Assembly (NCBI GenBank): GCA_964631415.1
Contig: CAZVZC010000027.1
Location: 1 to 29,178 of the forward strand
Direction: 5' to 3'
Length of the DNA stretch: 29,178 nt
Source: an uncultured archaeon
Lineage (GTDB): Archaea > Asgardarchaeota > Thorarchaeia > Thorarchaeales > Thorarchaeaceae
Part shown: one piece after another, positions 8,007 to 16,561 of the stretch
How positions within the stretch are numbered: position 1 is the stretch's first letter
How the letters are laid out: each line of letters starts with the position of its first letter
Made by a program: the position numbers and the translations under genes
Notes under the pieces: generated by a model
Told to the model about the DNA's origin: nothing
The model's database searches: none
Seen by the model: only the letters and a program-made list of their open reading frames with translations

Positions 8007-9137
8007 CTAGGTCTGTACTCTCGTGGTCCCTTTCAGTAGACCTAGAGCCTTCTTACATTGCCAGACCGCGTAGAAAAGTCGCTTCTCACGAAGCGTTTCT
8101 TCATCGTAGGCCGAGCGAAGCTGTTCGAACTTCTTGATGAGTTCCTCTCTGTGGGCCAGACCAGCATCAGCTTCAATCTCTTTTAGAAGCGACTGGAACG
8201 GAGCTAGGGTGGCACCAAAGTCAGACGCCTCCCAACGAATGATAGCTCCCGTACCATCAGAGGTCAGAAAGGCGCTCTCGTTAGGAAACCACTCGACCCC
8301 ATCGATCTCACTCGCAGTAGACCCCCGTCCTTCCACCGTGTATCTCTCGGTGGACCATACGAGTATCTCCTTATCGCTCGAGCCTGTTGCCAAGTACTTC
8401 CCGTCGGTACTGAATGCTACAGAACGCACTTCTCCAGTGTGACCGGGCAGCGTTCTATCGACCTTGAGTGATTGACCGCTCGTGTCCCAGAGAATCACAT
8501 TGCGGTCAGATGAACCAGAAGCGAGTCTGGCGCCATCGAGCGAGAAACGGAGAGTGTGTACAGCAGTCCTGTGTTCAGTGAACTTGTCTATCATCTTGCC
8601 AGTGTCCGGATTCCACACGCAAATCGTCGAGTCGACTCCCCCTGAAACAATCCTGTCGCCTCTTGGATCCCATTGACATGTTTGGACATATAGCGAGTGC
8701 CCCCTCAGCTGTTGCTGCTTGGAGCGGTTGTTGACATCCCACACTATCAAAGTGGTGTCGCCACTGCTGGAAACAAGCCGATCCCCGGACGGAGAGAAAG
8801 ATAGGGAGAGCACAGGATATGTGTGACCCTCCAGCTTGGCCATCTGAGTGCCGGACCTAATGTCCCAGAGCTTGATGACTCGGTCGACACCGCCAGTGGC
8901 CAGAATGTCGCCCTTGGGGCTGAAAGCAATGGAGGTACACAGAAACCCGTCCTCCATTTTCTGCATCTCCTCACAGTTGCGTGCATCAAAGAGGCGTATC
9001 GTGCGGTCCTGCATGGCCGCGGCAATCATTCTCCCAACCTTGTTCATTGCGAACCGCCGGGTGATCTCTCCTCCCTGCGAGGCAGCAGGTCTTAGTGTTC
9101 GCGGTCTCAGAAACAGTGGCGCTTCTTCTTGGCCCAT
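8007..9137 (-). CDS. WD40-repeat beta-propeller protein with C-terminal helical extension
   Basis: About seven repeats of the GH...(S/T)xxD..I..WD type (KLWD, IVWD, CVWN, ILWD, LVWS, IRWE). Start is ATG 9137 or GTG 9146. Confidence 0.92.
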   Translation of the reverse strand: MGQEEAPLFLRPRTLRPAASQGGEITRRFAMNKVGRMIAAAMQDRTIRLFDARNCEEMQKMEDGFLCTSIAFSPKGDILATGGVDRVIKLWDIRSGTQMAKLEGHTYPVLSLSFSPSGDRLVSSSGDTTLIVWDVNNRSKQQQLRGHSLYVQTCQWDPRGDRIVSGGVDSTICVWNPDTGKMIDKFTEHRTAVHTLRFSLDGARLASGSSDRNVILWDTSGQSLKVDRTLPGHTGEVRSVAFSTDGKYLATGSSDKEILVWSTERYTVEGRGSTASEIDGVEWFPNESAFLTSDGTGAIIRWEASDFGATLAPFQSLLKEIEADAGLAHREELIKKFEQLRSAYDEETLREKRLFYAVWQCKKALGLLKGTTRVQT

Positions 9138-9252
9138 CGTTCTCACTCACTAGACTTCGGAGGACATGAAGCACCTCGGACTGACGCTAAAAGCATTGTG
9201 AATATAGTACAAACAATCGGGATTCGACCGTGAGCTCAAGGCAGCTGACGAC

Positions 9253-9828
9253 CTAGGCCATGCCGCCTGCCTCAAGAATCTTGATTGCCAGTTCTAAGAA
9301 AGCCGCTTCCACGTTCTCGCCCGTCTTTGCAGAGGTCTCGAGGAAGGAACAATGTACGCCAGTCCGAGTGATGGCCTCTGCGTACTTCTGACCCTCCTGA
9401 GTGGAAACAATCGTCTGTCGCATCACAGGGTTGTCCTTGAACTGCTCTCTGAGGTCTGTCTTGTTACCTATGAGGACAATCGGGATCTTCTTTCCCGAGT
9501 TCGTCCAGCATTCGTTCAACCAGTTGGGCAGGTTGTCAAAGGATGCCCGTTCTACCGTTGAGTAGACTGCAAGTGCGCCCTGAGCGCCCCTGTAGAAGGT
9601 GGACCTCACACTCTTGAAGTGTTCCTGACCGGCCAAGTCCCATATCTGTATGCTGACGTCGTGTCCACCCTCCAGATGCATCTTCTTTACCGCGAAGTCT
9701 GCGCCTATGGTGATCATGTACTGGGCGCGAAAACCCTCACCCATGTAGACCTTTCTTAGTGTGGTCTTTCCAACCGAACCGTCGCCCATGAGGACGACCT
9801 TGAACAACGCATTTACGATAGTGACCAC
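9253..9828 (-). CDS. Rab-like small GTPase with an insertion after G4
   Basis: FKVVLMGDGSVGKT, TIGADF, WDLAGQEHF, FYRGA, NKTD, ETSAK. Start uncertain (GTG 9828 used; the ORF-track extension to 9975 looks non-coding). Confidence 0.92.
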   Translation of the reverse strand: MVTIVNALFKVVLMGDGSVGKTTLRKVYMGEGFRAQYMITIGADFAVKKMHLEGGHDVSIQIWDLAGQEHFKSVRSTFYRGAQGALAVYSTVERASFDNLPNWLNECWTNSGKKIPIVLIGNKTDLREQFKDNPVMRQTIVSTQEGQKYAEAITRTGVHCSFLETSAKTGENVEAAFLELAIKILEAGGMA

Positions 9829-10112
9829 CTCACGGAATCTTTCGCATTGGTGTCTGCTGGTGAGGTCCAGAGAGCTGTCTTGTGGACACTCTTGGGAACG
9901 GAGTATCTTCGAGTTATTAAAGTTCGTTGTGGCGGGCTGTTGAAACGGGTTCTGTGGCATCTTTACTTTCGGCAATCAGTCTGCCTCTACACTGTCTCCT
10001 TGGATAGACACTCACATCTCGCAAAGGCCAGAATCATCCAATGTGGCAGTGTACGCTGCTAGTCCAGAGACCGTTTCCCAGTCATATGGTCTCGTGAATC
10101 GAGGCTGATAGC

Positions 10113-10382
10113 ATGGGGCGAACCGTGAGGACGTTCCGCAATGCCGTTGACATTGAGGAGGCACGCTGGAAGGAATTCAGACGAACCCTGAAACCGCCCC
10201 AGAGAGAACTCCTTGACAGGCTGTTCGACTCTGCGAGGAAATGTGCAGATGCCGGTACTATGATGGTCACCCCTCGCATCACTGAGGTTATCCTGATCTC
10301 ATCACTGATTGACCTGCTCAGTGAGATTGAGGGCCTGAGGGAGAGAGTCTCTGACTTGGAGGACAGGGTCAAGGGGATCTGA
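10113..10382 (+). CDS. Small helical PolB2-associated protein (arCOG07300-like)
   Basis: MGRTVRTFR...W..FRRTL...LDRLFD pattern, directly upstream of a PolB2-type gene, which is the established context for this family. Confidence 0.75.
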   Translation: MGRTVRTFRNAVDIEEARWKEFRRTLKPPQRELLDRLFDSARKCADAGTMMVTPRITEVILISSLIDLLSEIEGLRERVSDLEDRVKGI

Positions 10383-10387
10383 CAGGG

Positions 10388-12658
10388 ATGAGGCAACAGG
10401 GCTGGCTTCTCGATGCCAGTGTTGACCACACAGACAGGTCACTCATTCTCTGGATAAAGGTCGGAAGGAAGACACGCGGCTACAGATATCACGGATTTTT
10501 CCCCTCTGTGTTTGTCAGCACAGACATCCTTGACAGCCCGGACTGGTCCAAAGCCACTGTTCTCCAGGCAGTAGAAGAACATCCCGATGTTGTTGAGTCG
10601 AAGATTGTAGACAGGCTCGTCACTGTCTATGATGACGAACCCAAGCCAGTGCTGCAGGTGTTCGTGCGACCGGGGGCACAGGAAGAGGTCGCCAGAGAAC
10701 TTGAGAAACTGCCAGGCGCCACAGTGTTTCATGCAGACATCGACGCTGTACAGCAGTTCTTCATCTCGAACGATATCTTCCCCTTTGGACGCGTTGAGTT
10801 TGAGTTGAGCAATGACACAGTCACCAAGATCAGATGCCTTGAGAAACGTGAAGACACCGAGTACGAAACACCCGAGCTCGAAGAGGTCGGTCTGGACATC
10901 TTCGCCGACACCAAACATGTGTTTCCCCGTATGGAGGACACGATACATCACATCGAGGTCTCTCACAAGGACGAGGTCATCCGCATCTCGGACCGTGATG
11001 AGAGAGAGATGCTGCTCCAGCTACAGGCTGCGATCGACAGAATTGACCCGGATGTGATAGTCACACGAGGAGGTGATGATGAGCTCTTCAGATACCTCAC
11101 CCTGCGCTGCAGGCTCAACGGAGTGGACCTCGTGCTCTCTCGGGATGGCACGCCCCTCAGGGTCACATTCAGAGAGCCTAGCTCGTTCTGGCAGTACAAC
11201 CAAGTCGTCTACAGGTCAGGGAACCAAGTCATGTTCAATGGCAGGATACACATTGACAGGGCTGAGAGCCTCTACTACTCACCCTCCGGCATGGCAGGGA
11301 TCATCGAAGGCTCCAGGCTGGCGCTAGTCCAACCTCAGAGGGTGGCCCGGATGTCAATCGGTGCTGTCAACGCCGCCATCCAGTATTATAATGCATACAA
11401 GATGGGCATTCTGATACCACCTGTGAAGCGTAACCCCGAGTTTCTCAAAACTGTGAACGACCTCACTGCCATTGACAGAGGAGGACTCATTCTTCAGCCC
11501 AAGCCGGACATCTATGAGGATGTCGCAGAGTGTGACTTCTCATCCATGTATCCCACGTTGATGATCACTCGGAACATCAGTCCTGAAACGATCTGCACGC
11601 GAGAACAGTGTCCCTACAATCATGAGTACTGCATCGAGGTCCCGGAGGTGAACTTCCGTCTCTGCAATCGCAAGAGGGGGATAGTGGCTCAATCACTTGA
11701 ACTGGTCGTGAAGAAGCGCAGAGCATTCAAGAGGCTGGCACGACAGGGACGCGATGCAGAGAAGTACGAGCTCATGGAAAATACACTGAAGGGCGTGTTG
11801 GTCTCCTGTTTCGGTTATCTCGGATTCAAGAACGCAAGGTTCGGCAGGGTGGAGGCACACACGGCGGTGACGGCACTCGCCCGTGATGTCCTGCTGAAGA
11901 CGCAGGAGATCGGTGAGTCCATGGGCCTTGAACTGATTCACGGGATTGTGGACTCATTGTGGCTCAGATGTGAGGGCGGCATCAAACACTCCGACGTTGC
12001 AGAGTTCTGTAAGCGTGTCACGGAAGCAGTCAACATTGAGTTCTCACCAAAGGGCGTGTACAGGTGGATGGTGATCCCGTCGTCGCGAATCCACCCAACT
12101 ATCGCACCCCTGAATCGTTACTACGGCGTGTACAGAAACGGTGCTATCAAGACACGGGGCATCGAGGTGAGGCGGCGTGATACGTGTCTGTACGTGGGCG
12201 ACTGCCAGAATGCCATGATAAGGGCCCTTGCGCATGGCCGAGACAAGAAAGGATTCATGGAAACGATACCTGCCGCTTATGCTGTGTGTCAGGATTATAT
12301 CGATAGGTTGCGGGAGGGCGATGTGGACCTCAGAGACCTCGTCCTCCACTCACGACTCACATGTGAACCCGGAGAGTATCGTGCAGTGTCGAGGACGGCT
12401 CTGGTGGCACAGCAGCTCATCAAGTCAGGGCGAGAACTGCACGCAGGGCAGAAGGTCAGGTATGTGCTGGTCCAGCCCGACGCGGACAATCCGATACGAA
12501 GGGTCAAGGCCCTAGAGCTCTTTGATGACTCCACAAGGTATGACCCAGAGGCCTACGCAAACCTCTGCATGAGAGCCTTCGAGAGCCTGATTCCCAGTCA
12601 GTACCTCACAGCCGATGTCCTTCGCACAATTGAAGAACAGGTATGCAGTCCACTCTGA
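10388..12658 (+). CDS. polB2: Family B DNA polymerase, archaeal PolB2 group
   Basis: Motif A DFSSMYP, motif B K...VSCFGYLG, degenerate motif C HGIVDS (vs YGDTDS), KTRGIEVRRRD. Exonuclease motifs eroded. Confidence 0.88.
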   Translation: MRQQGWLLDASVDHTDRSLILWIKVGRKTRGYRYHGFFPSVFVSTDILDSPDWSKATVLQAVEEHPDVVESKIVDRLVTVYDDEPKPVLQVFVRPGAQEEVARELEKLPGATVFHADIDAVQQFFISNDIFPFGRVEFELSNDTVTKIRCLEKREDTEYETPELEEVGLDIFADTKHVFPRMEDTIHHIEVSHKDEVIRISDRDEREMLLQLQAAIDRIDPDVIVTRGGDDELFRYLTLRCRLNGVDLVLSRDGTPLRVTFREPSSFWQYNQVVYRSGNQVMFNGRIHIDRAESLYYSPSGMAGIIEGSRLALVQPQRVARMSIGAVNAAIQYYNAYKMGILIPPVKRNPEFLKTVNDLTAIDRGGLILQPKPDIYEDVAECDFSSMYPTLMITRNISPETICTREQCPYNHEYCIEVPEVNFRLCNRKRGIVAQSLELVVKKRRAFKRLARQGRDAEKYELMENTLKGVLVSCFGYLGFKNARFGRVEAHTAVTALARDVLLKTQEIGESMGLELIHGIVDSLWLRCEGGIKHSDVAEFCKRVTEAVNIEFSPKGVYRWMVIPSSRIHPTIAPLNRYYGVYRNGAIKTRGIEVRRRDTCLYVGDCQNAMIRALAHGRDKKGFMETIPAAYAVCQDYIDRLREGDVDLRDLVLHSRLTCEPGEYRAVSRTALVAQQLIKSGRELHAGQKVRYVLVQPDADNPIRRVKALELFDDSTRYDPEAYANLCMRAFESLIPSQYLTADVLRTIEEQVCSPL

Positions 12659-12700
12659 ATCGCTGGTACATGTGGCTCCAGTGGCACATGAAGTACCGAA

Positions 12701-14059
12701 TCACTCCGTTATTGCATAGGACTGGAGTGCAATTCGCGGCTTCAGTTCCCGCACAGGAATACCTGTCGCCTGGGAGATCCTGACCACATCATCGGAGTCG
12801 GGCTTTATGTTGATTATACTACCGTCCACACCACGAGAAATCCTGACGCGGACCATGTACTCCGTGCCGTCAATCTCTAGGCGACACGCGACAGTTTCAC
12901 GGGCGGCCGTCAGCCGCTGCCATGTTGAATAGCGAACGCCCATGGCCCCTAGGTGACGCATCAGTATCTCGGCGACGCTCTTGAGCCCGGCCTTGGCAGC
13001 CAACACCTTGATGATGAAGCATGGCCTGTTCTTCTTGCAGAATGCAGGTATCATGACAACGTCATAAGCGAGGCCTTCTGACAGAAGCGTGTCAAAGAGA
13101 GTGCCAACTATCTCACCATCTGCGTCATCAACCGTGGTCTCGATGACGATTATGTCCTCGTCGCTCCAAGCCTCGAGGACCCCGGTCCGCTCTTCCGCAG
13201 CCGCGACTGGTGTTGTGGTCGGAATCGGAGCGGCCTTCTTTGCGGGTGCCTTCTCAGATGGCTTTTCTGCAGGCTTCTTCGAAGGCTTCTCAGCCGGCGG
13301 TGCCTCCTGACCTATTATTATCCGCATCATGTTAGGTGTGCCGCCGAGGTCACGTCTACCAAACCCCACGCCTTGACTCTTTGCTATGAAGCCCTCGGAT
13401 GACTCGACGTACTCCTCAGCAAGACAGACAAGAATGGCGGCACCTGTGGGAGTAAGAACCTCAGTGGTAGCAGAGCCTGTCTGAAAGGGTACGTCATGTG
13501 CCACGAGAATCTCCGCCACGGCTGGGACCGGGACCTCCATATCACCATGCTCGGTTTCGACGGTGCCGGTACCGACAGCGACTCGGGTGCCTACGAACTT
13601 GTACTTGCCCAGTAAGCCAGCCTTCTCAAGCAAGTATGCAGTCCCCACCAGATCCAAGACCGTGTCGACAGAACCAGTTTCGCCTAACTGCAGCTTGTCG
13701 ATCGGGATTTCGTGTGCCCTAGACTCTGCCTCCAAAATCTCATTCAGAGCTTTCTTGGCGAAACCCTTTGCTGGCTCAGACAGCTCTAGCTCCTCAGAAA
13801 CTGCTGCCATGACTTCCATTATCGACTTTGGGGTGAGCTGGACACCCTTGTCCCGGCTAATCTCAAGCTTCTTCCCCGAACGATCGCCAGCATACTGAGA
13901 CACAACACGGACACGGAGCGTTGGGTCGTATATGAGTAGACTCGCCGCTACTGGGAGAAGGGCATCGTCCTGACCAAGCAGGTCAATCAGGGCCGACAGA
14001 AACATGTCTCCAGATGCTCCGGCAGTTGCAACATCGAGAAGGACCTTATTGCTCGTCAA
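12701..14059 (-). CDS. larC: LarC-family (nickel-pincer cofactor Ni insertase-like) protein, divergent
   Basis: AGASGDMFLSAL, HGDMEVPVPA, EVLTPTGAA, GVGFG, ETTVDD, KKNRP. Both LarC1 and LarC2 parts are fused by a Pro/Lys/Ala linker. TTG start. Confidence 0.8.
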   Translation of the reverse strand: MTSNKVLLDVATAGASGDMFLSALIDLLGQDDALLPVAASLLIYDPTLRVRVVSQYAGDRSGKKLEISRDKGVQLTPKSIMEVMAAVSEELELSEPAKGFAKKALNEILEAESRAHEIPIDKLQLGETGSVDTVLDLVGTAYLLEKAGLLGKYKFVGTRVAVGTGTVETEHGDMEVPVPAVAEILVAHDVPFQTGSATTEVLTPTGAAILVCLAEEYVESSEGFIAKSQGVGFGRRDLGGTPNMMRIIIGQEAPPAEKPSKKPAEKPSEKAPAKKAAPIPTTTPVAAAEERTGVLEAWSDEDIIVIETTVDDADGEIVGTLFDTLLSEGLAYDVVMIPAFCKKNRPCFIIKVLAAKAGLKSVAEILMRHLGAMGVRYSTWQRLTAARETVACRLEIDGTEYMVRVRISRGVDGSIINIKPDSDDVVRISQATGIPVRELKPRIALQSYAITE

Positions 14060-14101
14060 ATGCTCAATTCTCCAAGCGAGTCGCTACCTGCGTAAGACTG
14101 C

Positions 14102-14122
14102 TAACCGGTTATACCCTTTTGA
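14102..14122 (-). promoter_or_regulatory. Putative BRE/TATA for larC, overlapping palindrome TAACCGGTTA
   Basis: Minus-strand AAAAGGGTATAACC about 50 nt upstream of the start, with a perfect 10-bp palindrome at 14102-14111. Confidence 0.4.
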
Positions 14123-14227
14123 TTCTTTCGCGGACAGAGAACCATGAATGTGCGAGGACTATTCACGGATTCTCGACTGACAATGGACCTTGAAGCCAAG
14201 AAGGGAAACGCAATGGGCCGCTAAAGG

Positions 14228-15004
14228 TCACTTCTTGCTGCGGCGCCACTCCTCGAAGATGGCCATGTACATACATTCTCGAGGACTGATCCACATCTCG
14301 GCCGAGTCGAAAGACTTGTCGACAAACTCAACCGGTGCTCCGCGTACGAGAGCCGCCGGCACAGACTCATCAGCCTCACCGATGACAAGCTCACAGGCGG
14401 AAGCCAAATTGTCCGCGAGGCCACGGCGCTTGATCTTCAGTACATTGCCAAAGAGGTCCTTCTTGCCACGGTCATCGCCAACTGGTACGAAGCCTGCCAC
14501 GCCCAGGGCAAGCCCCACGTTGCCCAGTCGAAGTGGTTGCGTGCGGCTGTCAATCACCATGGTGCCTATTGTCTTGCCGAGGCGCTGCTTCACTTGATCC
14601 CTGAGCCGGACTGCACTCGCCCTTGGATCTGCCGGGAGGAGACACGCGTGGCCTGGTGGAACATTAGACTTGTCGACCCCTGCGTTGGCCATGAGTGTAT
14701 TGTTCTTGATTGTGAGCAGGACATGTTGGATGCCGCCGAGTATCTCATCGGACTCACGAATGACAAGCTCAACGACCTCGGGAATCATATCATACTTGAT
14801 CGCTAGCTTCTTGGCTTGAGCAGACGGTTTCACTTCTGAGAGCTTTACGATCCGTCCCTCAGTCGTTGCGAGTGGGGTCTCCGCAGCCACTAAGATGTCG
14901 TTGTCTTGGATGCTGTATCCCGTGTGCGAGAGTCCATCGAACAAGACATCTAGGAAGTCGTCGTTCGGAGTTATCGTTCGTGTCTTTATTGGGATTACTA
15001 GCAA
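14228..15004 (-). CDS. cofE: Coenzyme F420-0:L-glutamate ligase family
   Basis: DILVAAET...EGR, ANAGVDKSN, LLPADP, DSRTQPLRLG, DLFG..L, ADNLAS...GEADE. Probable TTG start at 15004 with a GAGGT SD. Confidence 0.85.
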   Translation of the reverse strand: MLVIPIKTRTITPNDDFLDVLFDGLSHTGYSIQDNDILVAAETPLATTEGRIVKLSEVKPSAQAKKLAIKYDMIPEVVELVIRESDEILGGIQHVLLTIKNNTLMANAGVDKSNVPPGHACLLPADPRASAVRLRDQVKQRLGKTIGTMVIDSRTQPLRLGNVGLALGVAGFVPVGDDRGKKDLFGNVLKIKRRGLADNLASACELVIGEADESVPAALVRGAPVEFVDKSFDSAEMWISPRECMYMAIFEEWRRSKK

Positions 15005-15100
15005 TTCGTCCGACCTCGCACGAGCAGAGCTTGGATACAAGATAAAGCCACCCAAACAACCGCGGGTGGCCGAAGGAGCGTCCCACTGACGCAATACGAC

Positions 15101-16546
15101 TCAAACGGTTTCTGACCTGTGACTTGTACGACCGCCCCGCTCTTCCTTCTGCAGCTTCATGCGTGCTCCCATGATACATGAATCGCTCTTGCGTCCGCCC
15201 ATGGGGTTCTCTCTCGTTCCCATCGAGTTCATGCACCTTGCTGCTACAGCCGCGCCCATTGCTAGGCCGTCCTCGACGAACACCGTCTGATGAGAAACGC
15301 TCCAACGGGAACCATCTCTTGTCTGCAGCCCATTCACGATCATGTTTGGTTTGGCTCCAGTGATGATCGCCCTGCCGGTCAGGCCAAGCGAAGTGTTACT
15401 CAGAATGAGTCCACGCTCTTCAGCCACGCCGAGTATCCTCTGCAGGGTGTCGAACTGTACCTGGTCTATGACACCCATCATCAACTCAGTATCACCAGTT
15501 TCGACGATTCCCGCTCCAACACGCTCTATCTCTCTGATCGCCGAGCCGTTCGAACCCGCATCCACGCCTATGAGCAGCACTCCAGATTCCTCGGCGGCGT
15601 CGGGGTTCACAGGGACAGTCCCGAATCGTCTGGCAGAACGTGGCACGACCTCGACACGGATCTGCTTGTGTACCTGCTCTACCCATGCCGGATCTACTTG
15701 GATACGACGGCGACTGGGATGAGTCGTCAGGTCAAGAACACAGCCTGCAGGTCCGATGGCCTCTGCTCCACCTCTGGCAAGAGCATCTGGAATAGCCCCT
15801 GCAAGCCCAGCGAAGGAACCAATGGTTCTGGCATACGGATAACTGTCATCAGCGATCCTTCCAGCAAGTGTAGTGCCGAAGTCCAGCACCATGACAGGGT
15901 TTCTGAAGTCTATGCCGCTGCCTTTGACAGCGCCTTTCAGACCGGCTGTGACTAGCTCCCCTTCCATCTCATTGGCCACGACCTCGGTGTTAGATGGCGG
16001 AAGACAGCTCGCCACTGCTCCATCGAAGTAGACCTTTCGCAGCCAGCTGAACTGCCGTATATCAGCAGGCAGATTCTCGGGGGCAATCGACGCAGTCATC
16101 TTGCTCGGGGGGACTCCAGCAGCAAGACAGCCGTCCGCCAGCGCCCTCACCATCTCCCCGACCTCAGAGGGCTGTGCAAATCCGGCTGTCACACCTGTGG
16201 ACCGCACGACAAAGTGCAGGTCGCTATCAAGACTCAGCCGGGCCTTTGACAGTACAGATGTCAGTATTGCGGAAACGAGCTCCGAAACCGACTGACGAGT
16301 CAGTTCAACACCTGTGATGGTCCTCCCGAAGATCTGTTCTCCCTTCCCAGGAGGCCTCACGTCACGTGTGAATCTCACTTCCTTCGCAATCTCGAATATC
16401 TCTGCAGTCTTCAGGTTCGTGGACGCAATGATGCATTTGGTAGTTGTATTGCCCAGCTCCACAGAGGCCACAGTGTAGAATGTACCGGTCCTGAGTGAGC
16501 TCACCCCTATGTTCCTCGGCCTGATCACTTTGGCCTTCATGGACAT
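15101..16546 (-). CDS. Methanogenesis marker protein 14 (DUF2114-like), ASKHA-type ATPase fold
   Basis: VASVELGNTTTKCI, DLHFVVRSTGVTAGF, NEMEGEL, DFRNP...DFGTTLAGRI, GLAGAIPD, FVEDGLAMGAAVAARCMNS.GT..NP.GG. Lies next to mtrH, as in methanogens. Confidence 0.85.
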   Translation of the reverse strand: MSMKAKVIRPRNIGVSSLRTGTFYTVASVELGNTTTKCIIASTNLKTAEIFEIAKEVRFTRDVRPPGKGEQIFGRTITGVELTRQSVSELVSAILTSVLSKARLSLDSDLHFVVRSTGVTAGFAQPSEVGEMVRALADGCLAAGVPPSKMTASIAPENLPADIRQFSWLRKVYFDGAVASCLPPSNTEVVANEMEGELVTAGLKGAVKGSGIDFRNPVMVLDFGTTLAGRIADDSYPYARTIGSFAGLAGAIPDALARGGAEAIGPAGCVLDLTTHPSRRRIQVDPAWVEQVHKQIRVEVVPRSARRFGTVPVNPDAAEESGVLLIGVDAGSNGSAIREIERVGAGIVETGDTELMMGVIDQVQFDTLQRILGVAEERGLILSNTSLGLTGRAIITGAKPNMIVNGLQTRDGSRWSVSHQTVFVEDGLAMGAAVAARCMNSMGTRENPMGGRKSDSCIMGARMKLQKEERGGRTSHRSETV

Positions 16547-16561
16547 CGTCTTGTCACCTTC

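Noticed and set aside
9829-9975. N-terminal extension of the second Rab-like ORF, or an ncRNA in the 9830-10110 gap
   Set aside because: Contains a TATA-like TTTAAT on the minus strand, the translation is not protein-like, and I see no tRNA cloverleaf or recognisable RNA motif.
15005-15094. ORF-track N-terminal extension of cofE
   Set aside because: A better SD plus TTG exists at 15004, and the extension has no CofE similarity.
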